The notes beneath the pieces are model-generated. The model did no database searches, had not been told where the DNA came from, and was given only the letters and a program-made list of their open reading frames with translations. This document shows, one piece after another, positions 37,771-49,617 of a DNA stretch of 64,000 nucleotides. How positions within the stretch are numbered: the stretch's first letter is position 1; each line of letters opens with the position of its first letter. The position numbers were made by a program, and so were the translations under genes. This DNA comes from the human T2T-CHM13v2.0 reference genome, Homo sapiens. The DNA is taken from positions 23,712,001 through 23,776,000 of the forward strand of contig CP086569.2 of assembly GCA_009914755.4 (NCBI GenBank), read 5' to 3'.

Positions 37771-40700
37771 ACATCATTGTGACATTTCACTGTGTCCATC
37801 ACTTAGAAGAGGATGCCAGGGTCATGTAACAAGAGGGCATTTTGACATATCATAGGCCTATCATGTAGGTGATATGGCTCTTCTGCTTGGGACCTGCCCA
37901 CTTGAATAGTGACACATTGCCAGGCCAGGCACAAAAGTGATTGTACTCTTTTGCCAGGGCCATGCTTTAAAGAAGGCTTTATGACATATCTCTGAGCCTA
38001 TCACCTAGATTATATGACTTCTTGCTTTGCCTTGTCCACATGGATCTTTGTGATATAAGGGTGGAATCTGCACCTAGGTGATATAACTCTCTTGTCTGGG
38101 TCCTGTTCTAAGGGGGACTTATGAACATGTCAGGGCCCAGGACCAGATGATGTGGCTCTTTAGCCTGGTTTCTGCCCACATATTAATTTGTGATATATGC
38201 AAAAAGAAGCACCTATGTAATATGACTCTCTCTTTCTGCCTGAGCCTTGGCTACTTGTGACATTGGGCCATATCTGAGCCCATCATGGAAGTGATGTGAA
38301 TCCCTTCTGCTGCCTGGGTCCTTCATTTACAGTGCACTGTGACACAGAAGTGGGTACTGCACACAGGTGATGTGATTCTCCTTTTTGGGTTCTGCCAACA
38401 GGAAGTGATGTAACACATCACTTGGCTCAGCATGTAGGTGATGTTTCTTCACTTTTGCTTAGGCCCTGACCACACGGAGATTGTGGCCTGTTGCTGGACC
38501 CAGAAACAATGTGAAGGCACTCTCTAACATTGGTACTGCACATCAAAGACATTGTGAGACATATCTAGATAAATTCCTTAGGTCAAATGAGTGTCCTCTC
38601 TTGCTACAGTCCTGCCCACAGACGGGATTTGGATATGTCACTGCAGTCAGCATAAAGGTGATGTGGCTTTTCTGCCAGGGTCCTGCCCAGAAGGTGGATT
38701 GTGACATCTCACTGGTGCCACCTCCACATAGGTGACGTGACTTTCTTGCCTTCTCTATGGCCACAGTTGATATTATGCAATATACCAGAGAAAATTACAA
38801 AAGTCTAATAACAACTCATATGCCTGGTAATTGTGACAAGTACTTTTGCCCAGCTGCTGACTGACTTAGTATTTCTGCCTCTGTATAGCCCATAAATGAG
38901 ATTTTGACAAATAACTGTGCCGCACATATTAATGATTGCTTGTGTTATCTTAACAGTGTCCGCAGGGGGGAATTGTTAACATATTTCTGGACACATATTA
39001 TAGCTTACATGCCTCTCCTTTCCTGCCTGGACCCTGCTTCCTTTGGTAATTGTAGCTTTTCTAAACACTGTATCCAAATGATATGAATTTCTTGCTTGGG
39101 CCCTGCCAAAATGAGGCACTGTGACATATATTTGGGCCCACGATTTAGGTCATATAACTCTCCCCTCCTGCCTCGATACTGCTACAAATGACATTGTACC
39201 ACATAGCTGAACCTAGAACACAAGTTATGTAAAATTTCTGACAGTACCCTGCCTATTAAGAGAATATTGAAATATTTCTAGCCCAGTATTTAGGTGATGT
39301 GGCTGTTCTGCCTGCTTCATAACCACAGAGGGAATTGTAGCATATACTAGGCATGGCTCACAGGAATTATGACTCTCATATGTGGGCTCAGCCAATAGAA
39401 AATATTTTGACTCATAACTAACTTTAGGGACATGCGTGATGTCTTGGATCTCCTTTTTCTGCAAAGATCACAAGAGATTACAACACTCCACATATTTTAC
39501 AAGGTCTTTAGTTTATACAGACAGCATCAAAGCAGGGCTTGGCACACAGGTGAAATTGTGAGTCCTGTATACACACCGAGCCGTGTGTAAGGACTGTCAT
39601 TATTTCACAAGGATTAAGCCAGTTGTCACACATAAAAGCAAGATGTGTGGTATTGTAAATCTCACCTTTGGAATTTTCTGAAAATGTGATTTTGATATAA
39701 ATTTTTGCCAAGCTCCTGTGTAATTTGAGTCTCCAGGGTGGTCCTAGTCCATATATGGGATTCTGATATCTACTTAGGCCAAACTCTAAGTTATATGACT
39801 CTCCTTCATAGGCCCCTCTCTCAGTAAGGATTGTGATATATCACTGGATCTAGCACCCAAGTAATGTTACATTCTTGCCTGTGCCATGCCCACCCAAATT
39901 ATAGTGACATATTTCTGTGTCCACCTCATAGGTGATGTAACTCCTTTCTCTGGAATGGGCCGTGCACAAAGGAAGGATAGTGACATATTGCAAGGCCAGG
40001 CCCACAGGCAAGGATACTCTTTTGGCAGAGCCTTGCCCAAAGGAGGGCATTTTGACATAACTCTGGACCTATCACCTAGGAGATGTGGCTCTCCTGCTTG
40101 GGACCTGCCAACCTCGAGGTGAAATATTTCTTGGCCATGCACATAAGTAGTAGTACTCTTTTGCCAGGGCTATGCTTCATAGAGGACATTGTGATATATC
40201 TCTGGACCTATCTCCTAGGTGAAGTGACTCCTTTTTTGGGCCCTACCCACATGGAACATTGTGGCATAAGCAGAGAAACTGCACCTAGGTGATGTAGCTC
40301 TCTCTGCTGGGGGCTGTTTTAAGAGAGCCTTGTGCTATATCTCAGGACCCAGCACCCAAGTGATGTGGCTATTCTGCCTGCTTTCTGACCACATATTACC
40401 TGTGACATATTCCATGGAAAGAACATAAGTGATACGGCTCTTGTCATCTGCCTGAGTCCTGCATCCTGGGGACATTGTGACATATCTCTGAGCCCATGAC
40501 CTAAGTGATGTGACTCTTTTTCTGCCTGGGCATTCACAGTAGGAGGATTTGGGCACATTACTAAGCCCAGCACTCACAATATGTGACTCTCCCTTTTTTC
40601 CTGAATTATGCCACAATAAATGAAATTTTGACCTATTCCAGGGTCCATAGCCCAGATGATGTCACTCTACAACCTTGGTTCTGCATAGAGAGAAAATTAT

Positions 40701-41422
40701 GACATATGGCATATTGCTGGGCCAAGCACCCTTATGATGTGACTCTCCTGCCCGTTCTTGAGCCAATGAAGGTATTTTGACATATCTTAAGTCCATTATC
40801 TAGGTGTTTTGGCTCTCATAACTTGACTGGGTTTTTTCTGCATGTGGGATGGTGTCATAATGATGGGTCCAGCACCCAGTTAATTTGACCCAATTTCTTA
40901 TACCAGACATGGAAAAAGCATTGTTACATATTGCCTGGCAAAGCGTCTAAGTGATGTTACCCTTCTGCCTAGTTTTTTGCTCATATATGGGATTATGACA
41001 TATGCCTTTCTTCAGTTCACAGGCATAATGATTAAACTTATATTTGGATTCAGCCAATTAAAAAATCTTTTGCCTCTCAGTGTTAGGCTTAGGGCAATAA
41101 GTAAGGTCCTGGGTTGCATATTTTTCCAAGCTCACAGAAGTCTACAACACTAACTTATATTGTATAAACTCTGCTGGTAGAGAGCTTTATAACAGGGCCT
41201 GGCAAAAAGTTCAGAATGGGACTCTCATTTACACACCCAGATGAAATTAAAAGTTGTCACCATCCCACATTTATAATGCCCACTGTAGAAGTTCTGAGTC
41301 TAATGAGGGAATACATCACAAATTTGAAATTGGACCTTTTTTTTTTTTATTTGGATCTGGACACAGATGGGATGGTGACTTATTTCTGAACCGAGCCCAC
41401 AGGCATAATAATAGGTGTTCCT

Positions 41423-41805
<383 letters not shown>

Positions 41806-42692
41806 TCAGTTTAGGATGATAGGTAAGACCGTGAGTCCATATGAGCAAATAGGCCTCAGAGAGGTTTGAAACTCTCACACGGGTTTTATAAAGCCCTTAG
41901 ATGTTTTTGAGAGTGTAATACATTGGTCCAGCACACACGTGAGATTGTGACTCTAATATACATGCTCAGCTAAAGGTTAAAGTCATCCTCAAAGATGAAG
42001 GGATGGTGTCATATCACTGGCCTAGTATCGTGGTATTGAGACTTTTTGCCTCAAATTACTTTCCATGGGTGCATTGTTACATATCGCTAGGTCAGAATCA
42101 TAATAATGTGCCTCTTCTGCCTGGGCCCTGGTAACAGGGGATATAATCACAACTATCTGGGTCTATCAGATGCGTGGTTTGTCTCTCCTGCCTGTGCCCT
42201 GCCCCCAGAGAACATTTTGAAATACCACTGAAACTAATGTCCAAGTAATGTAACCCTCCTCTCTTGCCTGCATCCTCAGCCCAAAAGAATTGTGACATAC
42301 GGCTGAATGTAAAAGCTAGGTGACATATCTCTCCTCTCTATGCAAGAGTATATGTTTGTGCTGCATTCTATTTCATTACTTCGTATTCTACCTTTATTCT
42401 ACCAGTGCCAAAGTGCTTTGATTACTCTAGATTTTTGTATGTGTGTGTTTGGAAATTATTATGTGTAATGCTTCTAATATTTTTCTTCTTTTTAAAGTTT
42501 GTCAGGCTTTCCGTGGTCCCTTAAGATCTTACATAATTTTGTGAATTTTTTTCTATTTTTGGAAAACTCAAATTTAAAACTGAAAAGGGTCATGTTTTAT
42601 ATGTGGGTTACATTAAGCCACGAAGAAGCATGGACACATCACAATATTATGTCTTCCAACTCTTAAGAAGAGCATGCTCAAAATGTGTTGTT

Positions 42693-43016
42693 GGCCAGGT
42701 GTGGTGACTCATGCCTGTACTCTCAGCACTTTGGGATGCTGAGGAGGGTGTATGGAGACTTCAGGATATTGAGACCATCCTGGACAACATGGTGAAACCC
42801 TGTCTCTACTAAACTATAAAAAATATTTGTACTTTATGGTTGTGTGACTGTATTCTCAGCTACTCAGGAAACACGGTGGTTTGCATGCCTTTAATCCCAG
42901 CTACTCAAAAGGGTGAGGCTGGGGAACTGACTGAACCCGGGAGTTAGAGGTTGCAGTTAGCTGAGATTGTGTCAATGCCCTCCAGCCTAGGGACAGAGTG
43001 ATACTCCATCTCAAAA
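42693..43016 (+). mobile_element. Alu element (old; with a short internal duplication of the CCCAGCTACTC region) just outside the satellite boundary
   Basis: GGCCAGGTGTGGTGACTCATGCCTGTACTCTCAGCACTTTGGGATGCTGAGGAGGGTG...GACCATCCTGGACAACATGGTGAAACCCTGTCTCTACTAAA...CTCAGCTACTCAGGAAA...AATCCCAGCTACTCAAAAGGGTGAGGCTGGGGAACTGACTGAACCCGGGAGTTAGAGGTTGCAGTTAGCTGAGATTGTGTCAATGCCCTCCAGCCTAGGGACAGAGTGATACTCCATCTCAAAAACAAAC matches the Alu consensus. Confidence 0.85.
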
Positions 43017-43017
43017 A

Positions 43018-43018
<1 letters not shown>

Positions 43019-43065
<47 letters not shown>
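43019..43065. repeat. (AC)n/(CA)n dinucleotide microsatellite, ~22-23 uninterrupted units, abutting the Alu tail
   Basis: ACACACACAC... runs uninterrupted from ~43,019 to 43,065. Confidence 0.95.
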
Positions 43066-43066
<1 letters not shown>

Positions 43067-43069
<3 letters not shown>

Positions 43070-43497
43070 TTTCTCTGTTACGAATTTCTAGTTTTATTGC
43101 ATTTGCACTATAAATACTTGTAAAATTTTAATTTAAAAAATTATGAAGTCTTTTGTGGTGTCACACGTGGTCCACCTCACAAAATGATTTGTTAGCTATT
43201 GAAAAGAATGTGTGTTCAGTTTTCTATATATATTTGTTAGGTGTAATTATTGCATAGTGCATTCAACTTGTTCCTTCCCTTATTGATATTCTGTCTTGTT
43301 TTATTTATTCCTAAAAGCGGGATATTGATGTACCCTTCCATTATTATATTGCTGTCAATTTTGGCTTCAATTTTGTCAATGTTTACTTAATGTGTTTGAG
43401 AAAACTTTCATATATTTATAGATTCTCAGTGAATGATCTCTCTTACTAGAATTGAATGTCCTACTTGGTCTCTTGTAAATTGTCTTAAAGAAAATTT
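43067..43497 (-). mobile_element. Fragment of an old LINE-1 (L1M/L1PB-like ORF2 N-terminal region, minus strand). It is probably the same element as 49,618-53,830, split by the younger L1 insertion.
   Basis: GCTTCAATTTTGTCAATGTTTACTTAATGTGTTTGAGAAAACTTTCATATATTTATAGATTCTCAGTGAATGATCTCTCTTACTAGAATTGAATGTCC resembles the reverse complement of the 5' part of ORF2 in older L1 families, as remembered. This is an inference and not verified. Confidence 0.35.
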
Positions 43498-44532
43498 GGG
43501 GCGGTTCCAAGTGGCCGAATAGGAACAGCTCCAGTCTACAGCTCTCACATGAGTGATGACAAAGATGGCTGATTTCTGCATTTCCAACTGAGGTACCAGG
43601 TTCATCTCACTGGGGCTTGTCAGACAGTGGGTGCAGGACAGTGGGCACAGGTCACTGAGCATGAGCCAAAGCAGGGCGAGGCATTACCTCACCCAGGAAG
43701 TGCAAGGGATCAGGGAATTCCCTTTCCTAGCCAAGGGAAGCTATGACAGACATCACCTGGAAAATCGGGTCACTCCCAGCCTAATACTGCACTTTTCCAA
43801 TGGTCTTAGCAAATGGCACACCAGGAGATTATATCCCACGCATGGCTTGGAGGGTTCCACACCCATGAAGCCTCACTCGTTGCTAGCACAGCAGTCTAAG
43901 ATCAAACTGCAAGGTGGCAGCAAGGCTGGGGGAGGGGGATCCGCCATTGCTGAGGCTTGAGTAGGTAAACAAAGTGGCACAGAAGGTTGAACTGGGTGAA
44001 GCCCACCACAGCTCAAGGAGGCCTGCCTGCCTGTGTAGACTCCACCTCTGGGTGCAGGGCATAGCTGAACAACAGGCAGCAGAAACCTCTGCAGACTTAA
44101 AAGTTCCCATCTGACAGCTTTGAAGAGAGTAGTGGCTCTCCCAACAAAGAGTTTGAGATCTGAGAAAGGACAGACTGCCTCCTCAAGTGAGGCCCTGACC
44201 CCCAACTAGCCCAACAGGGAGGTACCCCCCAGCAGGGACAGACTGCAGCAGGGACAGACTGACACCTCACATGGCCGGGTATCCCTTTGAAATGAAGCTT
44301 CCAGAGGAACGATCAGGCAACAATATTTGCTGTTCAGCAATATTTGCTGTTCTGTCACCTCCACTGCTGATACCCAGGAAAACACGGTCTGGAATGGACC
44401 TCCAGCAAATACCAACAGACTTGAGGATCCTGACTGTTAGAAGGAAAACTAACAAACAGAAAGAACATCCACACAAAAACCCCATCTGTACGTCACCATG
44501 ATCAAAGACCAAAGGTAGATAAAACCACAAAG

Positions 44533-45284
44533 ATGGGGAAAAAACAGAGCAGAAAAGCTGAAAATTCTAAAAATCAGAGCACCTCTCCCCCTACAAAGGA
44601 ATGCAGCTCCTCACCAGCAATGGAACAAAGCTGGATGGAGAATGACTTTGGTGAGTTGAGAGAAGAAGGCTTCAGACTTCTCCAAGCTAAAGGAGGATGT
44701 TTGAACCCTCCACAAAGAAACTAAAAAACCTTGAAAAAAGATAAGACAAATGGCTAACTAGAATAACCAGTGTAGAGAAGTCCTCAAATGACCTGATGGA
44801 GCTGAAAACCATAGCACAAGAACTACACAATGAATGCAGAAGCTTCAGTAACTGGTTCAATCAACTGGAAGACAGGGTATCAGTGATTGAAGATCAGATG
44901 AATGAAATGAAGTGCAAAGAAAAGTTTAGAGAAAAAAGAGTAAGAAGAAATGAACAAAGCCTCCAAGAAGGATGGGACTATGTGAAAAGACCAAATCTAC
45001 GTCTGATTGGGGAGAAGGGAACCAAGTTGGAAAACACTCTGCAGGATATTATCCAGGAGAACTTCCCCAACCTAGCAAGGCAGGCCAACATTCAAATTCA
45101 GGAAATACAGAGAACGCCACAAAGATACACCTTGAGAAGACCAACTCCAAGACACATAATTGTCAGATTCGCCAAAGTTGAAATGAAGGAAAAAATATTA
45201 AGGGCAGCCAGAGACAAATGTCGGGTTACCCACAAAGGGAAGCCCATCAAGCTAACAGCTGATCTCTCAGCAGAAACTCTATAA
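44533..45284 (+). pseudogene. L1 ORF1 remnant (ORF1p, frameshifted between 44,724 and 44,796)
   Basis: Track ORFs 44533..44724 (MGKKQSRKAENSKNQSTSPPTKECSSSPAMEQSWMENDFGELREEGFR) and 44796..45284 (…EDRVSVIEDQMNEMKCKEKFREKRVRRNEQSLQEGWDYVKRPNLRLIGEKGTKLENTLQDIIQENFPNLARQANIQIQEIQRTPQRY…) give ORF1p-like sequence. Confidence 0.9.
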
Positions 45285-45587
45285 GCCAGAAGACAGTGGG
45301 AGCCAATATTCAACATTCTTAAAGAAAAGAATTTTCAACCCAGAATTTCATATCCAGTCAAATTAAGCTTCATAAGTGAAAGAGAAATAAAATCCTTTAG
45401 AGACAAGCAAATGCTGAGAGATTTTGTCACCACCAGGCCTGCCTTACAAGAGCTCTTGAAGGAAGCACTAAACATGGAAAGGAACAACTGGTACCAGCCA
45501 CTGCAAAAACATGCCAAATTTTAAAGACCTTCGATGATAGGAAGAAACTGCATCAACTAATGAGCAAAATAACCAGCTAACATCATA

Positions 45588-48500
45588 ATGACGGGATCAA
45601 ATTCGAGCATAACAATATCAACCTTAAGTACAAATGGGTTAAATGCTCGAATTAAAGACAGAGACTGGCAAATTGGATAAAGAGTCAAGACCCATCAGTG
45701 TGCTGTATTTAGGAGACTCATCTCACGTGCAGAGACACACGTAGACTCAACATAGATGGATGGAAGAAGATCTACCAAGCAAATAGAAAAAAAGGGGGGT
45801 GGAAGGGTTGCAATCCTGATTTCTGATAACACAGACCTTAAAACAACAAAGATCAAAAGAGACAAAGAAGGCTGTTGCATAATGGCAAAGGGATGAATTC
45901 AATGAGAAGAATTAACTATCCTAAATATATATGCACCCAATACAGGAGCACCCAGATTTATAAAGCAAGGCGTTAGAGACCTACACAGAGGCTTAAACTA
46001 CTACACAATAATAATGGGAGACTTTTTAACACCCCACCATCAACATTAGACAGATTAATGAGACAGAAAGTTAAAAAGGATATCCAGTAATAGAACTCAG
46101 CTCTGCACCAAGCGGACCTAATAGACATCTACAGAACTCTCCACCCCAAATCAACAGATATATGTTCTTTTCAGCACCACATCACACTTATTCCATAATT
46201 GACCACATAGTTGGAAGTAAAGCACACCTCGGCAAATGTAGAAGAGCAGAAATTATAAAAAACTGTCTCTCAGACCATAGGGCGATCAAACTAAAACTCC
46301 GGATTAAGAAACTCACTCAAAACTGCTCAACTACATGGGAACTGAACAACCTGCTCCTGAATGACTACTGTGTACATAAGAAAATGAAGGCAGAAATAAA
46401 GATGTTCTTTGAAACCAATGAGAACAAAGACACAACATATCAGAATCTCTGGGATACATTTAAAGCAGTGTGTAGAGGGAAATTTATAGCACTAAATGCC
46501 CATAAGAAATCATGAAAGATCTAAAGCTGACACCCTAACATCACTATTAACAGAACTAGAGAAACAAGAGCAAACACATTTAAAAGCTAGCAGAAGGCAA
46601 GAAATACCTAAGATCAGAGCAGAACTGAAGGAGACAGAGACACAAAAAACACTTCAAAAAATCAGTGAATCTGGGAGCTGGTTCTTTGAAAATATCACCA
46701 AAATTGATAGACTGCTAAGCAAGACTACTAAAGAAGAAAAGAGAGAAGAATCAAAGAGACACAATAAAAAGTTATATAGGGGATATCACAACCGATCCCA
46801 CAGAAATGGTAACTACCCTCAGAGAATACTAGAAACACCTCTATGCAAATAAATTAGGAAATCTAGAAGAAATGGATAAATTCCTTGACAAATACACCCT
46901 CCCAAGACTAAACCAAGAAGAAGTTGAATCCCTGAATAGACCAATAACAGACTCTGAATTTGAGACAATAATTAATCCCTATGAACAAAAAAAAGTCAAG
47001 GACGAGACAGATTCACAGCCGAATTCTGCCAGAGGTACAAGGAGGAGCTGGCACCATTCCTTCTGAAACTACTCCAATCATTAGAAAAAGAGGGAATCCT
47101 CCCTAATTCATTTTATGAAGCCAACAACATCCTGATACCAAAGCCAGCCAGAGACAGAACAAAAAAGAGAATTTTAGACCAATATCCCTGATGAACATCA
47201 ATGGAAAAATCCTCAGTAAAATACTGGTGAACCGAGTTTAGCAGCACATCAGAAAGCTTATCCACCACGATCAAGTTGGCTTCATCCAGGGGATGCAAGT
47301 CTTGTTCAACATATGCAAACCAATAAACGTAATACAACATATAAACAGAACCAAAGACAAAAACCACATGATTATCTCAATAGGTGCAGAAAAGGCCTTT
47401 GACAAAATTCAGCAGCCCTTCATGCTAAAAACTCTCAATAAATTAGGTATTGATGGGACGTACCTCAAAATAATAAGAGCTATTTATGACCAACCCACAG
47501 CCAATATCATACTGAATGTGCAAAAACTGGAAGCATTCCCTTTGAAAACTGGCACAAGTCAGGGATGGTCTCTCTCACCACTCCTGTTCAACATAGTGTT
47601 GGAAGTTCTGGCCAGGGCAATCAGGCAGGAGAAAGAAATTAATGGAATTCAATTAGTAAAAGAGGAAGTCAAATTGTCCCTGTTTGCAGATGATATGATT
47701 CTATATTCAGAAAACCCCATTGTCTCAGCCCAAAATCTCCTTAAGCTGATAAGCAACTTCCACAAAGTCTCAGGATGCAAAATCAATGTACAAAAATCAC
47801 AAGCATTCTTATACACCAATAACAGACAAACAGAGAGCCAAATCAAGAGTGAACTCCCATTCGCAATTGCTTGAAAAAGAAGAAAATACCTAGGAATCCA
47901 ACTTACAAGAGATGTGAAGGACCTCTTCAAGGAGCTCAAATCACTGCTCATTAAAATAAAAGAGGACACAAACAAATGGAAGAACATTCCATGCTCATGG
48001 ATAGGAAGAATCAATATCGTGAAAATGACCATACTGCCCAAGGTAATTTATAGATTCAATGCCATCGCCATCAAGCTACCAATGGCTTTCTTCACAGAAT
48101 TGGAAAAAATTACTTTAAAGATCATATGGAACCAAAAAAGAGACTGCATTGCCAAACGATCCTAAGCCAAAAGAACAGAGCTGGGGGCATCACACTACCT
48201 GACTTCAAACTATACTACAAGGCTACAGTCACCAAAACAGCATGGTACTGGTACCTAAATAGAGATATAGACCAATGGAATGGAACAGAGCCTTCAGAAA
48301 TGATACCACACAACTACAGCCAATTGATCTTTGACAAACCTGACAAAAACAAGAAATGGGGAAAGCATTCTCTATTTAATAAATGGTGCTGGGAAAACTG
48401 GCTAGCCATATGTAGAAAGCTGAAACTGGATCTCTTCATTACAGCTTATACAAAAATCAATTCAAGATGGATTAAAGACTTAAATGTTCTACCTAACACC

Positions 48501-49400
48501 ATAAAAACCCTAGAAGAAAACCTAGGCAGTACCATTCAGGACACAGACATGGGTAAGGACTTCATGTCTAAAACACCAAAAGCAATGGCAACAAAAGCCA
48601 AAATTGACACATGGGATCTAATCAAACTAAAGAGCCTCTACACAGCAAAAGAAACTACCATCACAGTGAACGGGCAACCTACAGAAGGGGAGAAATTTTT
48701 TGCAATCTACTCATCTGACAAAGGGCTAATATCCAGACTCTACAAAGAACTCAAACAAAGGTAAAAGCAAAAACAAACGACCTCATCAAAAAGTGGGTGA
48801 AGTATATGAACAGACACTTCTCAAAAGAAGACATTTATGCAGCCAACAGACACATGAAAAAATGCTCATCATCATGGCCAAAAAAGAAATGCAAATCAAA
48901 ACCACAATGAGATACCATGTCACACCAGTTAGAATGGTGATCATTAAAAAGTCAGGAAACTGCATGTGTTGGAGAGGATGTGGAGAAATAGGAACACTTT
49001 TACACTCTTGATGGGACTGTAAACTCGTTCAACCATTGCGGAAGACAGTGTGGTGATTCCTCAAGGATCTAGAACTAGAAATATCATTTGACCCAGCCAT
49101 GCCATTACCGGGTATATACCCAAAGAAGTATAAATCATGCTGCTATAAAGACACATGCACACGTATGTTTATTGTGGAACTATTCACAATAGCAAAGACT
49201 TGGAACCAACCCAAATGTCCAACAATGATAGACTGGATTAAGAAAATGTGGCACATATACACCATGGAATACTATGCAGCCATAAAAAAGGATGCATTCG
49301 TGTCCTTTGTAGGGACATGGATGAAGCTGGAAACCATTATTCTCAGCAAACTATTGCAAGGACAAAAAAAACAAACACCACATGCTCTCACTCATAGGTG
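45588..49400 (+). pseudogene. L1 ORF2 remnant (endonuclease / reverse transcriptase / C-terminal domain; many frameshifts and stops)
   Basis: An ATGACGGGATCAAATTC start lies at ~45,588. Track ORFs 46162..46515, 46496..46852, 47293..47874 (…[11 protein letters not shown]…[12 protein letters not shown]… reverse-transcriptase motifs) and 48126..48764 (…[19 protein letters not shown]…) give ORF2p-like sequence. Confidence 0.85.
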
Positions 49401-49617
49401 GGAATTGAACAATGAGAACACTTGGACACAGGATGGGGAACATCACACACCAGGGCCTGTCGTGGGATTGGAGATAGGGGGAGGGATAGAATTGGGAGAT
49501 ATTCCTAATGTAAATGATGAGTTAATGGGTGCAGCACACCAACATGGCACATGTATACATACCTACCAAACTTGCACGTTGCGCACATGTACCCTAGAAC
49601 TTCAGGTATTAAAAAAA

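Larger units (their letters stand above)
43498..49617 (+). mobile_element. Full-length LINE-1 (L1PA-type, about 6.1 kb) with degenerate ORF1/ORF2 and a short A7 tail. A putative ~11-bp TSD AAAG(A/T)AAATTT is present.
   Basis: The element starts GGGGCGGTTCCAAGTGGCCGAATAGGAACAGCTCCAGTCTACAGCTC (compare the L1 5'UTR GGGGGAGGAGCCAAGATGGCCGAATAGGAACAGCTCC). It ends with the L1 3'UTR (...CTCACTCATAGGTGGGAATTGAACAATGAGAACACTTGGACACAGGATGGGGAACATCACACACCAGGGCC...GCACATGTACCCTAGAACTTCAGGTATTAAAAAAAG). The flanks are aaagaaaattt at 43,487-43,497 and aaagtaaattt at 49,615-49,625. Confidence 0.9.

Noticed and set aside
47293-48764. Long plus-strand ORFs (193 aa, 212 aa) that could be taken for a gene
   Set aside because: They are L1 ORF2p reverse-transcriptase and C-terminal fragments ([25 protein letters not shown]…) within a full-length L1 with canonical 5'UTR and 3'UTR, and they are interrupted by frameshifts.
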